A DNA stretch of 31,468 nt from Candidatus Aenigmatarchaeota archaeon. Lineage in GTDB: Archaea; Aenigmatarchaeota; Aenigmatarchaeia; GW2011-AR5. This document shows, one piece after another, positions 25,068 through 31,468 of this stretch. The stretch lies in assembly GCA_016198685.1 (NCBI GenBank), contig JACQID010000003.1, forward strand, positions 1 through 31,468. The letters run 5' to 3'. The notes below the pieces were generated by a model, which made no database searches, was not told where the DNA came from, and was given only the letters and a program-made list of their open reading frames with translations. A program made the position numbers and the translations under genes. Each line of letters starts with the position of its first letter. The first letter of the stretch is position 1.

Positions 25068-25526
25068 ATGAAAGGCATTTCGCCGCTGCTTGCATCAATA
25101 ATGCTCATAGCTATCGTTGTAGTTGTAGGCTCAATGACATCCGGCTGGATGACTTCAACCATAAGAGGCGCACAGGCATCAACGACAAACAAGACAGAGA
25201 CAGGCTTGCAATGTTCAGGCGCTTCAATAAGCATAGAGAGGGTTTATGTGACCGGCACCTCGGCCGCTACAGTCACTGCATCCGTGCGAAACAGCGGCTT
25301 GACTGACGGACTTGTGATACAGTCGGCTCAAATATTCAACAGCACAGGAAGCAATTTCACATCATCGTCGACGCCAGTGACGGCTTTTGACAGAGGCGAA
25401 GTGGAAACATTGACCTTCCCCAACGTTAACTTTGCGTCATGCCCCGGCGCGTTCTCGGAATTAAGGATAACTACCGGATGCGGCGGAATAGCAGACGTCT
25501 TTACAGACAGGCCATCCTGCTCATAA
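25068..25526 (+). CDS. Archaeal type IV pilin-like protein
   Basis: MKG|ISPLLASIMLIAIVVVVG class III signal; paired Cys in the globular domain. Confidence 0.88.
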   Translation: MKGISPLLASIMLIAIVVVVGSMTSGWMTSTIRGAQASTTNKTETGLQCSGASISIERVYVTGTSAATVTASVRNSGLTDGLVIQSAQIFNSTGSNFTSSSTPVTAFDRGEVETLTFPNVNFASCPGAFSELRITTGCGGIADVFTDRPSCS

Positions 25527-25528
25527 AT

Positions 25529-26242
25529 TCATAGAGAGAAAGTCCATTCGCGGCTCGCATATTTCTCGGATAATTCTTCTGCTTTCTGGACTTCATCACG
25601 GGTAAGAGTGCCGTTTCTTGTGTCTTTCTCGCCCACGAAACTATCCTGCAATGCAGATTCTATATCGTTCATGCTTGCAGAAGAAAGATCCTTAGTGCAT
25701 GTTAACGCTTCCTTGATCTTAGCCGGCGTGCTTCCTGTAGCTGTTGCTATCGATTCATAATCAAGGGCATGAAATATCGAGCCCTGAAATATAATTGCAC
25801 CGCCCCTGTAAGTCACTGCGTTCCATCCTACCCTTTTCTCTCCACACAATATCTGGTCAATATGCCTGTATTCGGCGTTTATTTTTACGGCGGCAAGGGC
25901 ACTAACCGTCTGCTTGCACAACAGCATGAATGCGTCTTCTGCATATTTCGGAAACATATAGCCCGGCGCCACTATGCTATAAGCTACTTCAGTTCCGTGA
26001 AAAACGTCGCTGCCTCCGGACATCCGTCTTACATAATCTATTCCCATTTTATTGCATTTCTCGGCTTTGAGGCAGTCTCGGAGTTTCTGAAAATAGCCTA
26101 ACGAAATGCCTGGCGGATTCCATGTGTAAAAACGGAGCGTGGGCGGGCTTTTTTCCGCAGCAACCATGGCCGCAAGAGCTTCATCGATTCCCAGGTTCAT
26201 CGACCCTGTATGAAGCTCCCGCGATATTATTCTCCATTTCAT
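25529..26242 (-). CDS. lplA: Lipoate-protein ligase A, catalytic domain
   Basis: NLGIDEAL, PTLRFYTW, SLGYFQ, VRRMSGGS.VFH, GEKRVG. Confidence 0.88.
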   Translation of the reverse strand: MKWRIISRELHTGSMNLGIDEALAAMVAAEKSPPTLRFYTWNPPGISLGYFQKLRDCLKAEKCNKMGIDYVRRMSGGSDVFHGTEVAYSIVAPGYMFPKYAEDAFMLLCKQTVSALAAVKINAEYRHIDQILCGEKRVGWNAVTYRGGAIIFQGSIFHALDYESIATATGSTPAKIKEALTCTKDLSSASMNDIESALQDSFVGEKDTRNGTLTRDEVQKAEELSEKYASREWTFSL

Positions 26243-26541
26243 CAGAATCCGCCTTCAGCATCATCAATGGCTTTCTTAACTACCTTGGCCATTTCATGGC
26301 ATGTGACGCCAGCCATGTCAGTTTCCGCCTTTCTTATTGCAATCATCAACCGCGTTGCTATTTGGTATTCAGTTTCGCTTGTTGTTATGCCCTCAAGAGA
26401 TTTTTCCAGCTCACGTATGCTTTCTTCCGGGTAAAGATAAAAGTCGCCTGAAAATGAAACGCTTTTTATTCTGTCTCGCGCAAGAGACAAGGCTACTTGA
26501 AGGGTCTTTCCATCTTTTGTAATCATTTTTCTTGCGGCCAT
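26242..26541 (-). CDS. lplB: Lipoate-protein ligase accessory subunit (LplB / LplA C-terminal domain)
   Basis: GK.L.V......I....FSGDFYLYPEE.I..LE..L.G. Confidence 0.82.
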   Translation of the reverse strand: MAARKMITKDGKTLQVALSLARDRIKSVSFSGDFYLYPEESIRELEKSLEGITTSETEYQIATRLMIAIRKAETDMAGVTCHEMAKVVKKAIDDAEGGF

Positions 26542-26544
26542 ATG

Positions 26545-27447
26545 TCAATCTTCTCCCGTCATTATCTTAAAATCATGGTCCTGCACCTGAAGATACATGC
26601 AGTACCCGAGGCCTTTCTTCAGGGGTCCATTGATTTCCTCCCCTGGTATCTCTTGTATTTCATCTTCACTAAAGACCGGCGTCCTTTCATTTGTCCAAGG
26701 CTGTGCGCCATATCTTTTCTCCAATAGCGGATAGGCCGCAGCAATAATGCGTTCGTCTACAGACTTATTTTCATGCTTCCCTTCACTGACTTCTTCCAGT
26801 ATCGCGTTACCAATAATTATTTTCAGGGCTTCTGTTCTTCTGGGTGCGGCCTTTGCCAGTTCAGGCAGAAGCAAGGATATGGTTGGCATATTGCGTATAG
26901 CATCATATTCTGAATAAACTTTTCCGTGTATAATGCGGGTATTGAGTCTTATGCTTTGCGCCAGTTTTTGCATGTCATAGGGATCTACAGCTATGAGCCC
27001 GTGAATAAGGCCGCTGTCAACCCCCCATATGGTCGCATGAGCTGCAGCCAGCCTGCCATCAATATTGACGGATGACGCCTTGTTATCAGCCTCCGCGTTT
27101 TTTATTCCTAAATTAACGAATGCTCTTTCTATGCAGCCGGCATAGTAGCTCCTCAGGTCTTCAATGCCTGAAAAGCCGTGCCGCGGGGCGGCAAATGAAT
27201 ATGCAAGTATATTCGGACCTGTCTGGACATGGGAGCCGCCGGTAGCCCTTCTTACGACATTTATTGCCCTCGTTTTGAGGGCGTCATGTGCTTGGGCATA
27301 ACCAAGAACTACAGTATCCCTTGGGAAGCTGTAAAATCTTGCCATGGCTTTTCCTGTTTCCGCAGCGCGCTTGAGCATGAATTCCTCCAGTGCCATGTTC
27401 ACCGTAGCGGGAAACGCACTATTTCCCCAGTATTCATAGTCAAACAT
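26545..27447 (-). CDS. Second, divergent biotin/lipoate ligase family protein
   Basis: NMALEE, RFY......VLGY.Q, VVRRATGGS; start at ATG 27447 (a TATA-like box lies about 25 nt upstream). Confidence 0.78.
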   Translation of the reverse strand: MFDYEYWGNSAFPATVNMALEEFMLKRAAETGKAMARFYSFPRDTVVLGYAQAHDALKTRAINVVRRATGGSHVQTGPNILAYSFAAPRHGFSGIEDLRSYYAGCIERAFVNLGIKNAEADNKASSVNIDGRLAAAHATIWGVDSGLIHGLIAVDPYDMQKLAQSIRLNTRIIHGKVYSEYDAIRNMPTISLLLPELAKAAPRRTEALKIIIGNAILEEVSEGKHENKSVDERIIAAAYPLLEKRYGAQPWTNERTPVFSEDEIQEIPGEEINGPLKKGLGYCMYLQVQDHDFKIMTGED

Positions 27448-27477
27448 AACAGTATTTCGGCACGGCAATATATATTC

Positions 27478-28623
27478 TTACAGCGAAAAATCATTTTTCA
27501 GGAATTCTTCCAGCCGGTCCATGGCTTTTTCTATTTTCTGGTAAGCGGTAGCGTAAGAACAGCGTATGTAGCCTTCCCCTCCCGGCCCGAATTCGATCCC
27601 CGGAACGACCGCAAGCTTTTTTTTCTTGAGAAGGTCGAGCGAGAACTGCCTGCTGCTAGCAGAGAAGGAAGTTATGTCAGAGAAAGTGTAAAATGCGCCC
27701 TTAGGCATTTTTGTCGGAAGACCCATTGAATTGAGCCTGTGGACTATCATCTTTCTGCGCCTGTCGTATTCTTTTACCATCTTATTTGCGTATGCCGTTT
27801 CTGTCAATGCCTTGACGCCAAGAATCTGGGATATTGTAGGCGCCGAGATAGTTGAATAAATGTGCAGTTTCTTCATGGCTTGTGTCATTTCAGGCGGGGC
27901 TATGACATAGCCGAGCCTGTAGCCGCACATGGCAAAGCTTTTCGAGAAGGTCTGGAACGTTGCGACATGCTCCTGCATGCCGTTCAAGGAGCCTATTGAA
28001 ACGTGCTTTCCCTCATATACTATTTTTTCGTATGCCTCGTCGCTGAAGACGTAAAGGTCATGCTGTATTGCAATTTCGGCTATTTCTTCCAGTGTCTTGC
28101 GTGAATAAACTCCGCCTGTGGGATTTGATGGCGTGTTTATCAATATAGCCTCTGTTTTAGAGGTTATCTTCTTTGCCATGGCATCTGGGTCAAGCTCGAA
28201 GTCTTCGTTTGATTGGGAATAAACCGGAAAAATATTTAGCATCTCCAGCATTGGGACGTAGCCAAGAAAGGAAGGGTCGGGTATAATCACCTGTTCCGAC
28301 ACATCAAGGACTGCCGCTGACGCAAGAAGCAGGGCTTCCTGGCTTCCACTTGTGACTATTACATCATCAGGCGAACATAATATTCGGTTTTCTTTTCTTG
28401 CTTTCCTCGTGATAGCTTCTCTGAGTTCCATGCGCCCTTCCGGAGGAGAATAGTGGCTGCAGTCGCCTGCTATCTTCTTCGTGTACGCGACGATTTTTGG
28501 AGGCGCGGGAAAATCCGGTTCGCCTGCCCCAAGGGATATTACAGACTTATCCTCTGCTGCGATTTTTATCAGCTGCCCCATGATCGTATCAGGCAACCCA
28601 GTTTCCCTCTCAGATATGTGCAT
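27478..28623 (-). CDS. PLP-dependent class I/II aminotransferase (aspartate aminotransferase-like)
   Basis: LGAGEPDF, INTPSNPTG, SDEAY, TFSKSFAMCGYRLG, GAFY, YIRCSYA. Confidence 0.95.
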   Translation of the reverse strand: MHISERETGLPDTIMGQLIKIAAEDKSVISLGAGEPDFPAPPKIVAYTKKIAGDCSHYSPPEGRMELREAITRKARKENRILCSPDDVIVTSGSQEALLLASAAVLDVSEQVIIPDPSFLGYVPMLEMLNIFPVYSQSNEDFELDPDAMAKKITSKTEAILINTPSNPTGGVYSRKTLEEIAEIAIQHDLYVFSDEAYEKIVYEGKHVSIGSLNGMQEHVATFQTFSKSFAMCGYRLGYVIAPPEMTQAMKKLHIYSTISAPTISQILGVKALTETAYANKMVKEYDRRRKMIVHRLNSMGLPTKMPKGAFYTFSDITSFSASSRQFSLDLLKKKKLAVVPGIEFGPGGEGYIRCSYATAYQKIEKAMDRLEEFLKNDFSL

Positions 28624-28710
28624 GCTAATGCTTGTTGCCGGCAGTTTTTATAATTTCTACATAAAGGCGGGTTCCAAGTAAATAAATAGAGGGAGGGGTA
28701 ATGGATATAG

Positions 28711-30540
28711 ATGAAGGGCGTTTCTCCTGTAGTCGCTATTCTGCTTCTTACACTCATCACGCTTGCCATCGCAGGAATGACTTACATTAGCTATACAGGC
28801 ATAACTGATCTGGCGACTAAAAGCGATGATAAGCTTCCTGAAAGCTTCAAGGTCGTGAGCACGAGCGAGAACATGGTTTACCTGAAGAATACCGGTACTG
28901 AGGCCATTGATGTACCGTTATTCTTTACGGAAGACGGGCCGGTTGATGTAACAAGGGGATGTGAACTGTTGGAGCCCGATGAGATTTGCGGTTACGGGCT
29001 TGACATCGATTATGGCGTTCATGAAGTAACGATAGGCGGGGAATCAAGCGAGAAGACAATATTATATGTCGGCGTTGAGAAGCCTCGCCTTGACGTGCCG
29101 ACGACCACTATAATACCGCTTGTCACGGTTACTACACGCCCACCACTTACGACAACAACACTGATAGAGTCGGCCACAACGACAACGTTGCCGGCAACCG
29201 CCGCGATAACCACTACAACCACGCCAGCAGAAGGACTCTTTGTAAGATTATCACTGACTGAGAGTGTAGATCCTGTGTATGTAGGAGCCACACATTTTGA
29301 CAGGTACTATGGGGGGTATTCTTACACGGCGCGCATCAGCAACCGCGGTGAAAGAGAAATAAGCGGGATAAAAATAATACACAAATTAGGGTATGGGACA
29401 GCATTTAATTATGGTGCCCGCAGATGCATTGAATTTGGAGGTTCAGAAAGTGATATTTGTAGGCGGTATGAAGAATTCTGTAGGCTTATAGAAGCCGGTG
29501 TAGAATGCGACTTGAAGGATAATGAAGGCAACTTCATAGTTTTGAATACGGGCGAGTTTGCCACAAGTAGTATATATGTACAGGCCGTGCCTGCAGCTTT
29601 GAGCACAAGCGACACGATATACGCAATATCCGGCAGTCATGTTTCGAACGAAGTTACAGAATCTACGGGGATTAGCGACCGAGGGCATAGCGAGAGAAGC
29701 GGATTCGACATCATAATAGATCGGCGTTATCTTGCGGCTGACGCTATTTCTTCTGCTATAATAAAAGCTTCTTCCATGTGTGAAGGAGCTTACGGACAAC
29801 CCTGCCCGATATACTTTTCAGCTGAGGGCGGAAAAGTGTCGTCCGCCAAATGTGATATGCCTTATGGTTATGGCAGATTATCCAGTTGTTCCATAGTGAT
29901 TTCCTCTTCCGAGACAGGAACTATAAGAATAGCTTCGTATCACTCGTATGCCTTTACAAAGCCGAAAATTTCGTATATAACTTTCGTTGAGCCGTGCAAT
30001 CCAGACAAAAAAAGGACTATATCCATTCCTGCATCATATGACGCTGAAATAGTCAATGGCATGACAACAATTACCGCCAATCCAAGCGGCATCAATATGA
30101 GGGGCGCGGACAGCAATGGTTACAGACATGAAGGAATATATAGATTTTCCGGCATAGGAGTGCCAAGCGGCTCACGCATAGTGTCTGCGTCACTATCGCT
30201 CTATCAGTCAGGCGGTTGCGTCGTTTCCTCATTTTCTGGAGATTCTCCGGATAAATTTGGTTTCTCGGAATTCGTGCCGCAAGGCCAAAACGCCCCCCTC
30301 TGCGAGCCAATTACCGCCTCCGGCATTCTTTATACGGATCTTACACAAGCTCTCTCCTCAAAAGCGCTCTCTCAAGGCATTGATGAATTGACATTCGGAC
30401 TTGGTGCCCAAGCATGGACTGAATTAGTAGGTTCCGGTTCATCTGCCGAAATTAGAGTGAGAGGATCTTCTGATTTTGATACCGGCAGCATCGAAAATGG
30501 CAATCCTGCCAAAGTCGATATTGAGTACTGCGAACCGTAA
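28711..30540 (+). CDS. Large class III signal-peptide surface protein/adhesin (Thr-rich linker, DUF11/Ig-like and beta-sandwich domains)
   Basis: MKG|VSPVVAILLLTLITLAIAG; TTT-rich stalk; LSLTES.DPV..G....Y...ISN.G (DUF11-like); Cys-rich extracellular domains; IPSGSRIVSASLSLY. Confidence 0.82.
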   Translation: MKGVSPVVAILLLTLITLAIAGMTYISYTGITDLATKSDDKLPESFKVVSTSENMVYLKNTGTEAIDVPLFFTEDGPVDVTRGCELLEPDEICGYGLDIDYGVHEVTIGGESSEKTILYVGVEKPRLDVPTTTIIPLVTVTTRPPLTTTTLIESATTTTLPATAAITTTTTPAEGLFVRLSLTESVDPVYVGATHFDRYYGGYSYTARISNRGEREISGIKIIHKLGYGTAFNYGARRCIEFGGSESDICRRYEEFCRLIEAGVECDLKDNEGNFIVLNTGEFATSSIYVQAVPAALSTSDTIYAISGSHVSNEVTESTGISDRGHSERSGFDIIIDRRYLAADAISSAIIKASSMCEGAYGQPCPIYFSAEGGKVSSAKCDMPYGYGRLSSCSIVISSSETGTIRIASYHSYAFTKPKISYITFVEPCNPDKKRTISIPASYDAEIVNGMTTITANPSGINMRGADSNGYRHEGIYRFSGIGVPSGSRIVSASLSLYQSGGCVVSSFSGDSPDKFGFSEFVPQGQNAPLCEPITASGILYTDLTQALSSKALSQGIDELTFGLGAQAWTELVGSGSSAEIRVRGSSDFDTGSIENGNPAKVDIEYCEP

Positions 30541-30559
30541 TACGATGATTATTATGGGC

Positions 30560-30961
30560 ATGAAAATTTCCGAAATCCTGAAGCTCAGAACGATAGCCAT
30601 AGTCGGCTTGTCGCGCAGCCCTGAAAAGGACAGTTATTCCGTGGCGGAATACCTGAAGTCGCGGGGCTATGTCATCGTGCCTGTCAATCCGATGGCAACG
30701 GAAATATTGGGCGAAAAATGCCATGTTTCGTTAAAAGACATACCCTTTCCCGTAGACATAGTTGATGTGTTCCGGCCTTCTGCGGATGTATTGTATATAG
30801 CAAAGGAAGCTGCGGAACTAAAAGGAAAAACAGGAAAGCCGCTTGTTTTTTGGATGCAACTGGGGATAGAGAACCCGGAAGCAAGGAAAATCGCAGAAGA
30901 CGCAGGCATGACAGTAATAGAAAACAAATGCATCAAGGTTGAGCACGAGCTCCTTACATGA
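30560..30961 (+). CDS. CoA-binding protein
   Basis: IAIVGLS..P.K.SY.VA.YL...GY...PVNP, VDIVDVFRPS, WMQLGI, KCIKVEH; ATG 30554 or 30545 are alternative starts. Confidence 0.92.
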   Translation: MKISEILKLRTIAIVGLSRSPEKDSYSVAEYLKSRGYVIVPVNPMATEILGEKCHVSLKDIPFPVDIVDVFRPSADVLYIAKEAAELKGKTGKPLVFWMQLGIENPEARKIAEDAGMTVIENKCIKVEHELLT

Positions 30962-31259
30962 AGTCCATCTGGGCTTTGCCTTCTTCTGACATCTTTTCAG
31001 GCCCCCATGGCGGGTCCCACACAAGGACTATTTCAATGCCATTTACACCTTCAACTGTTTTAGCAAAATGCTTGGTATTTTCCAGTATGATATCAGCCGC
31101 CGGACACATCGGAGAAGTCATGGTCATTTCTATCTTTACTTTCCCATCGTCTGCAATTTCAATATAATATATGAGACCTAAGTCTACGATATTCAATCCT
31201 ATCTCAGGATCAACTACGTTTTTCAGGGCTTCCTTTATCTTGTCTTTATCGGGTATCAT
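30954..31259 (-). CDS. DUF59 / MIP18-SufT family Fe-S cluster assembly protein
   Basis: LKNVVDPEIGLNIVDLGLIY, MT.TSPMCP, LVWDPPW.PE.MSEE. Confidence 0.93.
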   Translation of the reverse strand: MIPDKDKIKEALKNVVDPEIGLNIVDLGLIYYIEIADDGKVKIEMTMTSPMCPAADIILENTKHFAKTVEGVNGIEIVLVWDPPWGPEKMSEEGKAQMDFM

Positions 31260-31329
31260 GAAACAAATGTAGGGGCAAAGGATAAAAATCCGGTCAAACC
31301 TTTATATCTCAACAACGCGAAGTCCTTAT

Positions 31330-31468
31330 ATGAAAGGCATAACGCCGGTAGTTTCAATAATTTTGTTGTTGTTTATCACGATTTCAGTGCTTGGATTCTC
31401 TTTCCTATTCTTCCAGAATATTACAACAACCTCAGGGAGCCAAGCGGAACAGGCCGCGATAGGCCAGA
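31330..31468 (+). CDS. Class III signal-peptide (pilin-like) protein, truncated by the window end
   Basis: Translated by hand: MKG|ITPVVSIILLLFITISVLGFSFLFFQNITTTSGSQAEQAAIGQ...; TTTATA at 31301-31306. Confidence 0.85.
   Translation, partial: MKGITPVVSIILLLFITISVLGFSFLFFQNITTTSGSQAEQAAIGQ

Noticed and set aside
1096-31167. Numerous ORF-track entries antisense to or frameshifted within well-supported genes (e.g. 5573-6196, 14870-15547, 16231-16803, 17389-18078, 19075-19605)
   Set aside because: Shadow ORFs overlapping genes with clear family motifs; no independent signals.

Overview
Gene-dense (about 40 CDS) archaeal chromosome segment. It is most consistent with a DPANN lineage such as Aenigmarchaeota, inferred from PCNA, a Thermococcales-type RPA14, archease/RtcB, several MKG[IV][ST]-type class III signal-peptide proteins, TATA boxes about 25 nt before mostly leaderless starts, and occasional GAGGTG Shine-Dalgarno sites. 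Housekeeping genes include pyrG, pcn, mre11-rad50, rtcB, archease, split lipoate ligase, an aminotransferase and a DUF59 protein. No tRNA, rRNA, CRISPR array, transposase or integrase was recognised. The notable parts are: (i) a 9-17.4 kb stretch of nucleic-acid end-processing genes (Mre11, Rad50, catalytic-domain-only RNase HIII, stand-alone LigD 3'-phosphoesterase, RtcB, and an ORFan with Tpt1/ADP-ribosyltransferase-like motifs); (ii) structured non-coding stretches on both sides of rtcB, one resembling an orphan IS200/IS605 TnpB right-end (reRNA/omega-RNA) element; (iii) an MshC-like cysteine ligase; (iv) at least four microproteins missed by the ORF track (a CxxC peptide, two zinc fingers, an 80% acidic peptide); (v) four dispersed pilin-like genes, two of which share an N-terminal module but carry different C-terminal domains. 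All family calls come from motif recognition by eye; no searches were run.
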